Part shown: in pieces, positions 23,197 to 33,591 of the stretch
Layout of the letters: every line of letters begins with the position of its first letter
How positions within the stretch are numbered: the stretch's first letter is position 1
Assembly: GCA_964187785.1 (NCBI GenBank)
Contig: OZ076409.1
Span: 14,572,001-14,636,000, forward strand
Reading direction: 5' to 3'
Source: Amphiscolops sp. MND2022
Lineage: Eukaryota
DNA length: 64,000 nt
The notes under the pieces: generated by a model
What the model was told of the DNA's origin: nothing
Databases searched by the model: none
What the model saw: the letters and a program-made list of their open reading frames with translations, nothing else
Program-made: the position numbers and the translations under genes

Positions 23197-26100
23197 TTAT
23201 TTTGGCTTTACCACGTACTCGTCTATGCCGAAGCGCACTGGCGGTCGACGATTCCGTGTCGTTTCGATTATCAGCGAATCTGATCGGTCACTTTCGCTGT
23301 CTTCCTCATCTGGAGGGGGCGGAGTATTTCTATTGTCGTTTATTTCTTCATAAACAGGAAATGAAGACTCCTCTGACGGTGCGGGGACGTCTATATACAA
23401 CGGGCAATTAGTCAGAGTAGTCTCTTCGTCGTTTTCGGCGCTTATCACGCGGGGAACGTCATGAAATGACACGTGCGGCCGGTTTTTATTGGTTTGAATT
23501 TCCGCCGAAGTAGGGCGGAACACATGATACGGTCTATTTTCGGTCTCTTGGTCGGATGAATCGGATTCATCTGCGACTTCTTCATAACTCGGAAGCGTTT
23601 TTGTCGCCACTCGTTCGGATCGTTTCGGGAGGGATTCGCCAAGATACGGTTTAAGACGATTAAAATGGATATTCTGCCACTTTTCCGGGCAACCTGGCTT
23701 GCAAATCTGATAGTTCACTTCACTGGTCTGACTCAATACTTCGTATGGACCGTGCCAAGGGAGATGGAACTTTCGGGATTTCGCTTTGTGTGGCTCGAAT
23801 AACCACACTCGGTCTCCTGTTTTAAAACTTTTTCCATGGACCTTTTTCTGATAATAATCCTTCTGACGACGTTGTTCTTTCCCCATAGTCAGTTGCGCAT
23901 GACTATGTACTTCGAAAAGTTTATCACTCAACTCGGCTCCTACCTCGCCTAATTCTAAACGGGGGTCGCCAGGAGGTTTCGGATAGAACAAGTCGATCGG
24001 ATATTGTGCTTCTCTCCCGTACAACATCGAAAACGGGGTCGTACCGAGGGTCTTATGTACGGTGGTATTGTACACAAAATTTACGTGGGGCAAGTAGAGA
24101 TCCCACTCCTGCGGTTTTTCGGCGCAATACTTAGAAATAGTATCGGCAATCACTCTATTGAATCTTTCTACTTGACCATTTCCTTGGGGATGATACGGAG
24201 AAATCCTAGTTTTATCGATCATGAAAACTTGGCAAATATCTTTCATTACTTCGCTGTTGAAGTTAGTTCCTTGATCCGTATGTAAAGTATCGGGAGCTCC
24301 AAATTTCAAAATCCACTCTTCGACTAAAGTCGTGGCCACCGTCTTAGCCGTCATGTCTTTCAAAGGAACGGCAACCGCATACTTTGTATACAAATCGGAT
24401 ATAACTAAAATGTACCGCGCCTGTGACTTTTTCGCTAGCGTTACGGGTCCCAAGATATCTGCTGCAACAATACGAAACGGCGCCTTTGCTTCGATTGTTT
24501 GCAAATGAGCTTTTCGACCTTTTCCCGCCGTTGATCTAGCCGCGCAACGCGTGCATTTTGCAATATACTTTTCTACACTTGACCTGAGACCAGGCCACCA
24601 AAATCTCTGTTTAATCCTTGATAACGTTTTCTCGGCTGCAAAATGACCTCCGCTAAGAGGGGAGTCATGTAACTGATGTAACACTTCGGCTCTCATAGTC
24701 GAAGGAACGACTGCCTGCCATATTTCACGTTCACGATTGCTAGGTTTCCATTTTCGATAAAGGACTCGATTGGCCAGCGCTAGCTGATCCCAATTACTCC
24801 AAAGTTCTAACGCCTCTGGACAACTCCATTCTAGTGCTACTTCTCTGGGGATGGGGTTGGGCCCTAAATCTTCCAATGTACCATCTATCCGAATTCCACG
24901 TCTAACCATTTCACGGAATAGTAATCCCGTACTACGATCCATTCTCTGACCATACGCTAGGTCGCTATCCGATCTAGTCCATGAGATATGCCCCCCCACT
25001 TGCTCTGATACTAACATTTCTTCAGGGGTAACGACGGAACAGGCGGAATCTACACTTGATGAACGCGGGGTACCTCGTCTTGCCGAAGTCGAAGGGTACA
25101 ATTGCTCTTGGTCTCTCGGTGTATACACGGAGATCGTAAAATACGAATCTTGAAACACAACCTCTAGACAAATAGCTACATTCACCCACTCCAATTCGTC
25201 ATCGACGCAACCTATTCTAGGCATTGCAAGTTTGGAAATTCCATGGGAGCTAGCATGTTCTTTCACTCTCAATAGACTTTCTTTTAGTACATCGTATTTG
25301 GCAACTTCTCCTTTACAATGCTTGGTGATCAATATATACACATAACGTCCTTTTTCAACATCTTGGTACACTAGAAAACCTCCAACACGATTTACCGACT
25401 CTGCGAGAGGTGGTAAATGGGAATACTTTTTTACGAACGATTTCATGGGAGTAGTGGCTACTCTCATGTCGGCAGATACACACAAAACTAAGGAATCGGG
25501 GGATTCGAAAAAATCCCCTTCTCGATAACGGACTACCTCTCTAGGTGGGTGAGAAATTTGCATTTTCAAATGCCGAGCTACATCCTCTGAGTTTTCCAAT
25601 TTCTCACGAGCTTTGGTTCGGGCGGCTCGAAGATCGCGTTCGGCTTCAAACAAAGCACTATCAAATTCGGTGAATTCGGGAATCGGTCCCCTTAACGCAT
25701 CTTCTTCGCCGGGCAACCATTGGGGTACGTCATTCGGTCGTCGACTAAGACCGTCCGCATTACAATGTTTATCACCTGGACGATGTACTATTTGATAGTC
25801 ATACTCCTGAAGTTTTTGAACCATTCGAAAAGTCATTCCATCCGCATTTTGCCTAAACAGCCATTGAAGACTTGCATGATCCGTGCGGATAATGCATTTG
25901 GATCCGTAAATGTACGGTCTGAACCACTGGACGGCTTGAACTACACCTAGCGCTTCTCTTTTGGTTGTTGCATAATTTACCTCCGTTTTAGTTAGAACTC
26001 GCGACTCAAAGGCAATTGGATACTCTATCCCATCGATCACTTGAGACAAAACTGCGCCGAGCGCCGTATCACTAGCATCGGTATCAATAATGAACGGAAG

Positions 26101-28020
26101 TTCAAAATTTGGAAATGCCAAAATTGGAGCTTCTAATAATCTTTTCTTCAGCGTTCGGAACGCCTTGTCATGTTCTTCGGTCCATGTGAATTTTAATCCT
26201 TTGCTCGTCAACAGATAAAGTGGTCGCGCCACTTCCGCGAAATTTTGGACAAACTTCCGATAATAGTTGCAGAAGGCAACAAATGAGCGAACTCCGGTGA
26301 CGTCGGTCGGAGGCTCCCATTCGCGTACTGCCGCTAACTTTTTCGGATCCGGTTGGATCCCTTCCTTGTTAATCACATGACCTAGATAGTGGACCTCGGT
26401 GCGGAATAAGTTGCATTTCTTCGGTTTAAGACGTAAACCGGCTTTGCGTAAAACTATAAACACCTTTTCCAAATGCTCCAAATGTTCTTCTGGAGTTTTG
26501 CTAAACGTTAGCACATCATCTAGGAAAATGAGCACATGTTTATACAGATCTTCTTTGAAAATGTCGTTCATGTTCCTTTGGAAAGTTGGCGGGGCGTTCG
26601 TTAAGCCAAACGGCATCTTCAAACACTCATATAACCCTCCATCCGGAGTACAAAATGCCGTTTTGTGCCGGTCTTCGGCCGCGACTGGAATCTGCCAATA
26701 GCCACTTGCTAAATCGAGAGACGAGAAGACTCCCGCCCCTTGCAGTGCATCAATCGTTTGACCGATCCGGGGCAACGGATACGCGTCCTTTACGGTGAGG
26801 TCGTTCAACTTTCGATAATCTATACACATTCGGTTTGAGCCATCTTTCTTAGGTACCATTACTATGGGACTGCTGAAAGGACTTTTACTCGGTACGATCA
26901 CTCCTTTCTCAAGCATCTCGCGAATTTCTTCACGAACGGCTTCTAATTTATGCGGAGCAATTTTGTAGGGCGAAATTTTGAACGGTTTCGCATCGCCTAT
27001 GTCTATGCGGTGTTCTACTCCTACAGCGGTTCCCAACGGGTCTGAAGGCAGTGAAAACACATCTCTGTAATCACGAATCAAATCTCGCAATTTTTCCTTT
27101 ATTTCGGCGTTCTCGAGTCCAGGGGTGGCTAAATTTAAAATTTCGTCAACTTCCTGTTCGAGTTTTTCGTTTGTTTCGGAGGCCGCTGATACTGTGTCAG
27201 GACCGGGTACCGTTTCGCAAACAAATGCGTCATCTTCCGGCGGGGGAACATGACCGCTTAGGACTTGCATGGGTACTTTGATGATGAAACCATCATCTTT
27301 GGGGATCGTTAGTTTCTGTTCGACTAAGTCAGTCGAGCATTGATTTTCCATCATGAATTTTAAGCCAATCATGATCTCAGGGTAGAGATCTTCCACAACC
27401 ACAAATTCATCGGAAGCGACGCACGTTCCGATTTTAACTTGTGCTTTTACGATACCTTTGGTAGGCATCTCGTTAGCTATTGGGCCTGTTAAACGACTGG
27501 GATTGGGGGCTATTGGATTACCAATAGTCTTAGCCAATTCCAAACTCATCAAACTTCTACTCGCACCAGTGTCTATCATGGCCCAACACCGTAGGCTTTC
27601 TACTTCATAGGGGATTAAAAGCGTGGCCCCTGGAATGTATTGACTATGGGTCAGTTTTCTCGATTTTACCTCATCAGACCGGGCCTGATTTGGAAATTCG
27701 GGCTCTTTCTTGGACAAAATTTGCACAGAGCCAGGCTCAGCTTGTTTATCCTCAAAAAGATTTTGTATTGGGGGACTATTTACAACAAGGGTATGGGATT
27801 CTTTTGGGAAGAAGCCTCCCGGGCCAAACTCGTCACACATTTGCTTCCAAGTTTCGGGGTCGATCCGCCTACTGCGATTGCGCTGTCGCAAACGGCTATC
27901 ATTACTCCTAGACCTAGAACGAACACGCTGACTTGTTTGCGGAAAATTTGTAGCAGCGGGGGAAGGGATGGAATCCCAAGCGCGAGTAGAGCCTGCTACT
28001 GCATACTCGGCTGTCGGTAG
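23197..28020 (-). CDS. pol: Pol polyprotein: protease, RT, RNase H, TARG1-like macrodomain, integrase (HHCC, DDE, GPY/F); probably made as Gag-Pol by -1 frameshift
   Basis: AMIDTGAS; LDLASGYWQI, MPFGL, FLDD; DTDASDTALGAVL; HDSPLSGGH...CTRC; ADILGP, HTDQG, VERFNR; WHGPY. The frame stays open upstream of the listed TTG up to a TAA at 28030-28032. Confidence 0.95.
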   Translation of the reverse strand, partial: LPTAEYAVAGSTRAWDSIPSPAATNFPQTSQRVRSRSRSNDSRLRQRNRSRRIDPETWKQMCDEFGPGGFFPKESHTLVVNSPPIQNLFEDKQAEPGSVQILSKKEPEFPNQARSDEVKSRKLTHSQYIPGATLLIPYEVESLRCWAMIDTGASRSLMSLELAKTIGNPIAPNPSRLTGPIANEMPTKGIVKAQVKIGTCVASDEFVVVEDLYPEIMIGLKFMMENQCSTDLVEQKLTIPKDDGFIIKVPMQVLSGHVPPPEDDAFVCETVPGPDTVSAASETNEKLEQEVDEILNLATPGLENAEIKEKLRDLIRDYRDVFSLPSDPLGTAVGVEHRIDIGDAKPFKISPYKIAPHKLEAVREEIREMLEKGVIVPSKSPFSSPIVMVPKKDGSNRMCIDYRKLNDLTVKDAYPLPRIGQTIDALQGAGVFSSLDLASGYWQIPVAAEDRHKTAFCTPDGGLYECLKMPFGLTNAPPTFQRNMNDIFKEDLYKHVLIFLDDVLTFSKTPEEHLEHLEKVFIVLRKAGLRLKPKKCNLFRTEVHYLGHVINKEGIQPDPKKLAAVREWEPPTDVTGVRSFVAFCNYYRKFVQNFAEVARPLYLLTSKGLKFTWTEEHDKAFRTLKKRLLEAPILAFPNFELPFIIDTDASDTALGAVLSQVIDGIEYPIAFESRVLTKTEVNYATTKREALGVVQAVQWFRPYIYGSKCIIRTDHASLQWLFRQNADGMTFRMVQKLQEYDYQIVHRPGDKHCNADGLSRRPNDVPQWLPGEEDALRGPIPEFTEFDSALFEAERDLRAARTKAREKLENSEDVARHLKMQISHPPREVVRYREGDFFESPDSLVLCVSADMRVATTPMKSFVKKYSHLPPLAESVNRVGGFLVYQDVEKGRYVYILITKHCKGEVAKYDVLKESLLRVKEHASSHGISKLAMPRIGCVDDELEWVNVAICLEVVFQDSYFTISVYTPRDQEQLYPSTSARRGTPRSSSVDSACSVVTPEEMLVSEQVGGHISWTRSDSDLAYGQRMDRSTGLLFREMVRRGIRIDGTLEDLGPNPIPREVALEWSCPEALELWSNWDQLALANRVLYRKWKPSNREREIWQAVVPSTMRAEVLHQLHDSPLSGGHFAAEKTLSRIKQRFWWPGLRSSVEKYIAKCTRCAARSTAGKGRKAHLQTIEAKAPFRIVAADILGPVTLAKKSQARYILVISDLYTKYAVAVPLKDMTAKTVATTLVEEWILKFGAPDTLHTDQGTNFNSEVMKDICQVFMIDKTRISPYHPQGNGQVERFNRVIADTISKYCAEKPQEWDLYLPHVNFVYNTTVHKTLGTTPFSMLYGREAQYPIDLFYPKPPGDPRLELGEVGAELSDKLFEVHSHAQLTMGKEQRRQKDYYQKKVHGKSFKTGDRVWLFEPHKAKSRKFHLPWHGPYEVLSQTSEVNYQICKPGCPEKWQNIHFNRLKPYLGESLPKRSERVATKTLPSYEEVADESDSSDQETENRPYHVFRPTSAEIQTNKNRPHVSFHDVPRVISAENDEETTLTNCPLYIDVPAPSEESSFPVYEEINDNRNTPPPPDEEDSESDRSDSLIIETTRNRRPPVRFGIDEYVVKPK
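25120..25539 (-). other. Macrodomain of the TARG1/OARD1 (Poa1p-like) class inside Pol
   Basis: YREGDFF..DSLVLCVSAD..GRYVYILITK..Y..LKESL..KEH...GISKLAMPRIGCVDD.LEW.NV...LEVVF...ISVY aligns end to end with human OARD1 as recalled (YVKGDLF..DSLAHCISED..GRYIYYLITK..LSMPRIGCGLDRLQWENV..IEEVF..ITVY). Confidence 0.9.
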
Positions 28021-29390
28021 TTTAAAGAATTAGGCTGCGGAAGACTTGGACATTGCTTAGCGTAGTGACCTATCGCCTTACACTTAAAACATTCCGCTTC
28101 TTCGGGGGGAGGGTGCGAAACATTTAGCTGACCCGACGATCCTGCCCTGTTTAGAGGCGCGCGATAGTTAGGATTGAGAGGGGCTTGAACATGGGGAGCT
28201 TGCCAACTCTGAGGCTGCCCACCAACCGGCTTTTGCGAACTTCCTAACGCTCCTACGATCGCAGATGACATGTCTTTCATACCCTGCATTAGGATTTCGT
28301 TTTGTCTGGTCATCATTTCGACTTGTTTCGAGGAACTTTGTTCTAAGTTTTTCGTTATTTGATCGGTTTGCTTGGATATTTGCTGACAGATGGAATTTTC
28401 AAATCGATCAAAGCGACTTGCCACATTGGTTAGTGATGTTTGAATGGCGACGAATTTTTCTTCTATTTGACTATTATTCGAATAGCCAGCTCTCACTAGA
28501 TCGGGATCCTCATATTCGTCATACGAATAGCGCAATTTATCAAGTTTGCGCTCTCTTTTTGATTCATGAGTCTTGTGGATTATTTCGAGTTCCTGTGCTC
28601 GTTGCAAAGTTTCCCCGAAATCACGGTCACGCTCGTCTTCATACAAACTAAGTTGTATTCGCGAATCAAAAAGCCCTTCAATAAATTGGTCTCTCATATC
28701 GCGTTCTCTTTCCCGGAGCGATTTTTCAGGAAAGGCTATATCAGCGAGTTGACGTACTCTTCTCGAGTAGTCCCTTAGGTCTTCATTTTCCCACTGTTTA
28801 ACTGCTTTAAATTCCGACCGTGTAGCTCGCTGGCTGCGATATTGCTGCATTTTGGGTTTCAAAATTTCAAGGAGTTCATCAAAACGTGGGGGATAAGAAC
28901 CGGGTTCTTTTTCAATATATCTTTTGGGGACAGTTTCAAATTCTTCAATAGCCCACGATGTTAAACAAGTAGGTATTGCTGCAATTTTTTGACTATCATT
29001 CCACCCATTTGCTTTAGCAACTGCTTTGAAGTGTTTTACCCAGCTTTCCCAGCGGTTGTAATCTTTGCCGGGGAACTTTTCTGGTTTTATTGGCGACTTT
29101 TCATATAAAGGTTTTTGTCTTCTCTTGGATTCATTTTCAAAAACCATGGAGTCGTCAGAATCTAATTCTTCTTCAAATTTGAATCTTTTCAGTTCTCTTT
29201 CCATTTCTTTCATTCGTTTATAGGCGGTTTGTTTACGCTCCTTTGCCGCGTCGGCCAATCCTACGAAGGAAATTTTAGTGGACTTACTGAGGAGTGGCTT
29301 ACTACCACCTGTGACGGGAGTATGGGTGCCGTTGGGGTCTTCTTGGGTGACGGGGGAAATCTGCTGATCGTTGTCGTCGTCTCCAGACAT
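27996..29390 (-). CDS. gag: Gag (464 aa) with a C-terminal CCHC zinc knuckle
   Basis: KPEKFPG..WESW..HF..VA.ANGW capsid start; F..VKQ..NE motif; CFKCKAIGHYAKQC knuckle; begins ~90 nt after the PBS. Confidence 0.93.
   Translation of the reverse strand: MSGDDDNDQQISPVTQEDPNGTHTPVTGGSKPLLSKSTKISFVGLADAAKERKQTAYKRMKEMERELKRFKFEEELDSDDSMVFENESKRRQKPLYEKSPIKPEKFPGKDYNRWESWVKHFKAVAKANGWNDSQKIAAIPTCLTSWAIEEFETVPKRYIEKEPGSYPPRFDELLEILKPKMQQYRSQRATRSEFKAVKQWENEDLRDYSRRVRQLADIAFPEKSLRERERDMRDQFIEGLFDSRIQLSLYEDERDRDFGETLQRAQELEIIHKTHESKRERKLDKLRYSYDEYEDPDLVRAGYSNNSQIEEKFVAIQTSLTNVASRFDRFENSICQQISKQTDQITKNLEQSSSKQVEMMTRQNEILMQGMKDMSSAIVGALGSSQKPVGGQPQSWQAPHVQAPLNPNYRAPLNRAGSSGQLNVSHPPPEEAECFKCKAIGHYAKQCPSLPQPNSLNYRQPSMQ
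28020..28026 (-). promoter_or_regulatory. -1 ribosomal frameshift slippery heptamer U UUA AAC
   Basis: In the gag frame, inside the 34-nt gag/pol overlap; pol is in the -1 frame relative to gag. Confidence 0.85.
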
Positions 29391-29482
29391 CGTTGAAAGG
29401 GTTCAGCAACTCAGAAGGGGTGAAGGGAAGGCAAGGGAAAGAAGTAAGCAAAGAAAGAGGAAATAACAAAGACGCAAAGAAA

Positions 29483-29500
29483 GCCCACCCAGGAGCGCCA
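29483..29500 (-). other. PBS of element 2, tRNA-Asn-like
   Basis: TGGCGCTCCTGGGTGGGC, 1 nt after the 5' LTR. It resembles the complement of the metazoan tRNA-Asn 3' end (...GCCCACCCAGGGACG-CCA), recalled from memory. Confidence 0.75.
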
Positions 29501-29501
29501 A

Positions 29502-32500
29502 TGTAAGATTTTTAGTTTTCCAGTAGCTTTAACTATTTGTTGAGAATAGCTCCACTACAACTCAATTAAACCCGTAGGTACCATGCACGAGACAAGGACT
29601 GGCTGAGTATCTACATAAATTTTTATTAACTCCGAAGAAGAGACGAATCAACTTAATCGAAGGCGGTGGGGGTAAGTGTGACAAGGAAATCACGATCTTT
29701 ACAACTTTGCTATTTTTCCCTCTTTCAGGGGTTTGTCTCGCTACTCTTGGACTGTTTAAAATTATCTTTTCGCTGATGAAAAGAAGCAGGTTGAACTTTA
29801 ATTACTATACATCAAATAAATAAGTCGAGTAATAGACACAAATACAATTTCACATCCACGAATAATAGAATGAATAATATGATAACATCGATAGTAGCGG
29901 AGAATATTACTGATTATATTAGCAGGCATATTAAGAGGCATATAACACAAGAGAACAGTAAACAAGAATTTCAGCAAGGTCAAGTTTTTGTATCCGTAAG
30001 GATGGGGGTGATATCGGAGATATCGGAAGAATCAACTCGCCGCAAAATCTCTATCGGTCTTGGAGTGAAACAATAATCCGTGTATTATCAGCCCACTTAG
30101 GCTTTTACGATAGGCCAACAGTCCATCCTATTCCCGGGTCGAAATCCAAATAGCGACGAGCGGGGTAGCAACAAATCAGGCAACTTCAGGTCGTTAAGCT
30201 GAAGGCACGGGCTAACCGGCTGGTCCCAATAAATCGGCAATTCGAGAATCCGGCGTCTGATGCGGGAAGCTATCGGACGCAAAGCAGCAAACCGTTCTCT
30301 AGATTTAAACTCACTTTGTGCGTCGCTAAAATGGCGCACACTTCGGCCTAAGTTACTTTTTCGGCAGTTTAGTCATATCATTATTCATAGTTTATCATCT
30401 TTCCTTTTTCGGGTTCTGACTAAGTGTTGAGCAATACAGTTTTTTCCTACTTCGGTACTGAAAGTTCATCAGAAGTACATTTTCTCAGCACGAGTCGGTC
30501 CTAGTTCCACCCCCTTGTCAATCATGACTGATGGTTTTACTTCGTTTTCAATAGAATTTAAGGGGTGGTGCTACTGACTCAGTGTTTCCCACTTTTGTAA
30601 GCACGACTTGAATTTCGGCTTACTGATTGACATTTGCACTTTTTGCCAGGTCTCTTTTTCTCACGCGGTTCCTGACAACTCTCTTCAACTAAAAATGGCT
30701 GAAGGAAACAATTTTCTACAATTTACAATGACCTAAAAGGCGATTTCAATTCATATCAAAAAAAGTCGATTTTCGTGTTACAACTTCTAAGGGCAAAAAC
30801 AAGGTGTTCCGATCACGGGGGGCAAAAACCAAGTACACCATTTGAAAGTACAATTCAAGGGCTACAAAAGCTTATTCCATAGTTTTCTTTCTATTTCAAC
30901 TCCTTCACAGTGAAAAACGCCTTTAAAGTTTGGTAGACAAAAATCACCCATCGGTTTTCACGCAAATCTCAACTTTGGAGTGCTAGTACTCAGTCAATTT
31001 GAAAGATACAGGCTGGGGGCTTATATACATCGTTAGCCCAAGCCATTAGGAGTATTTTGCACTTTAGATGAGGTCTCTATCTTTTCTCAACAAAATTTGA
31101 TAGTACTTTTTCTGAAAGTAGTCATTTTCCCGATTTTTATGTCTGGACTTTCAACTTTGGAGGCCAATATCTCGAAACCAGGGCATTTTTCGGAAAAACG
31201 CTTCTGCTAAACGCTGTGCGCCTGGGTCTTGTGCGTCTACCCTGAAAGTTTCAGCTCGATATCGCCCAAAACGTGCGGGGGGGGGGAGTTAGCATTTTGG
31301 TAGGTCGACATCCCTATCGGCAGAGAGAAATCACAACTTTAAATTCTTTGGGGTTCTTCGCTAGCGCACCGCAGCACTCTATTTATTATTCTATTCACTC
31401 CTCCACTTTAATTCTCAAGTACGCTGTGAAGGGGGCGGCTATTGTGCGCTTACACGTTGAGTACTAAGCGATAACATGCGAAAAACGGCTTTTTAGGCCA
31501 TTTTAGGGCCGTTTTTAACGTTTGCTGGCTCAGTTCTCAAAAACTACTGAATATTATTTATTTTCCAATTAACACAAGTTAGGGCATCCATTTATCTTTA
31601 ATTTAAGCCATATCCGAACATTTTCTGACCACTGTAGCGATCACACGAAATTTTTAAACGAAACTAAATTTTGGAAAATCGTCAAAATTTTAAATGCACT
31701 TATTTTCAAAGCTTCCCCCCGATAGGTTCCCGGGGTCGCACAACGCTCATATTCTCAACTTAAGCTCTCCTTTGGATGGGCTTTTGAATGCTGAAAACCG
31801 TTTGTTGCTATCTTTTTTCATCTTCGAGAAATCGGGTTTTGATTTTTAATTTCTATTAAGAGGGGGGATTAATTCAAAGTGTGCGGCGGCCGTTTTCTTA
31901 TTAGCTACGCGTACAGCCACTCACAGCGCGTTCTAATTTTCATTCCTTTCGCTTTCTGACACGCTTAGCTGAGTTGCTTTCTATGCTGTTCACGCACACA
32001 GCGGAGTTTTCACTCTCGCTTACCCTCAAACACATGTATTAACATAGCAATTTGGCTAAATTTCTATTCACAGTATTTTATGACTTCTAATGCTTTTTCT
32101 GTGGAAATTCGTTACTGAAAAGTTCTTAAATGTTTACTCAACACGTAGTCAGGTCGAAAAGGAGCATTTTGGTGGTTTAATTTTTCTTATATTCGCAATA
32201 GGTATCGAAAAAATCAATGTTAAAGTTTCGTTCCGATTAGAATTTTCTTACATAGGTTTAGGTGGTGGCGGCCGTCTCACTGCATTAATACGTTGCGCGG
32301 TCGCTTCATAGCATAAGAATGGTTATTTTAGTTGTCCGCGAGACTAAAGACAATATTATTGACATTAAACAATAGTGTGAGGTACTTGAGGTACTTATTG
32401 TAATCTTTACTTTTATACGATATCACCCCGTAAAATCTACCTTGCTGATGAACTAAAATTTAATAAACACCAAATCATGAGCGAAAAGTCAAAAATCCTA

Positions 32501-32502
32501 CA
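29502..32502 (-). repeat. 5' LTR of element 2 (3001 bp)
   Basis: Direct repeat of 18656-21656, adjacent to the PBS. Confidence 0.97.
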
Positions 32503-33591
32503 GAGAGATTTTTGTTTGGTCCTCATTTTTAATTCTAATTTTCATTCGATGTGAAACTTCCGCAACAACAGAGCAGCATCAAAAATTGAAAATTCAAACT
32601 AATTTAAACGATCTTTTGTTTGGAAAATCTTGATTTCCAGAATTACTCCTCGGATGTTTTGAAGAATAATATCAATTTTTTACTCATCAGACAAAAGCAT
32701 AACAAAGTGGTTTATTTTTACATGACATGATATGAAAAATATATGTTAGTATGGGCAAACGTCTGTCACAGAAAGCATCAGACTCCGTTGCGATGATCAA
32801 TTTTGCAACTTTTTTGCTCTAATCAATAGCACCAAGATATCTTATTTTGTCTCTTCCCTCTAACTTTTCACTTCAAATCAATCAAGGCACAGACAAACAT
32901 TTTCCGTCGGGAGCTCTTCGCTGATATCACCATCAAATGTCTCCCGTGTATCATGTCCACTACAGTCCTATGAATGTCGCACCGCGTGAAATTTTATGGA
33001 ATCCATCTCGAGTGATTTTTCAAGAAGCTTTCCTTCCTTTTAAAGGTCCCCTGTGCGAATGCTATGTTTGACTTTATCACATGTGGTCCCATTAGTCATC
33101 AAAAGAATCTCCCCAAAGAATCGCCTCCCAGAAACATTTTCCACCATTTGCGCAATATAAGGTTCACGCATTATACCCATGTATCTAGGGTGAAAAGATT
33201 GGCCTTTCGTACCCAGACAGTTTCAAAAGGGCGGGTCTTCAAAAGGATCGAATTCTTCGAAAACTCATGAAACGCCTTAGATGTCTGATTGATTATATAA
33301 CACTATCATATATCCTTATATATAGGATAAGATCTAAAGTTCCCCTCCTGTACGACGGTGATTTCTACGATCTTATTCCAGAGACTTTGAATTTTTACAG
33401 AAAATCAATGTCTCCTGAAAAAGCGCTAAAAGACCCGGCAGTTGAATTATTCTAGAATTGTAGCTCTTTTTCAAACTCTTTATCGAAACTTTGACATCTT
33501 CGAATTTTTTCATCTTACTCAGATTCGATCTTGAGATGATGATAAATCTTAGTGGAATCATTGAAGAAGAGCTCAAAAAGAAAAAATCTTT

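Larger units (their letters stand above)
18656..32502 (-). mobile_element. Ty3/Gypsy LTR retrotransposon 2, 13.85 kb, apparently intact and recent, with macrodomain-bearing Pol
   Basis: 3001-bp TG...CA LTRs with GAGAG TSD (18651-18655 and 32503-32507). PBS, PPT, and uninterrupted gag and pol frames. Confidence 0.97.

Noticed and set aside
33373..33576. IQLPGLLALFQET resembling element 1 Gag (VKLPELLTLFKK)
   Set aside because: The match is too short and has no supporting flanking motifs.
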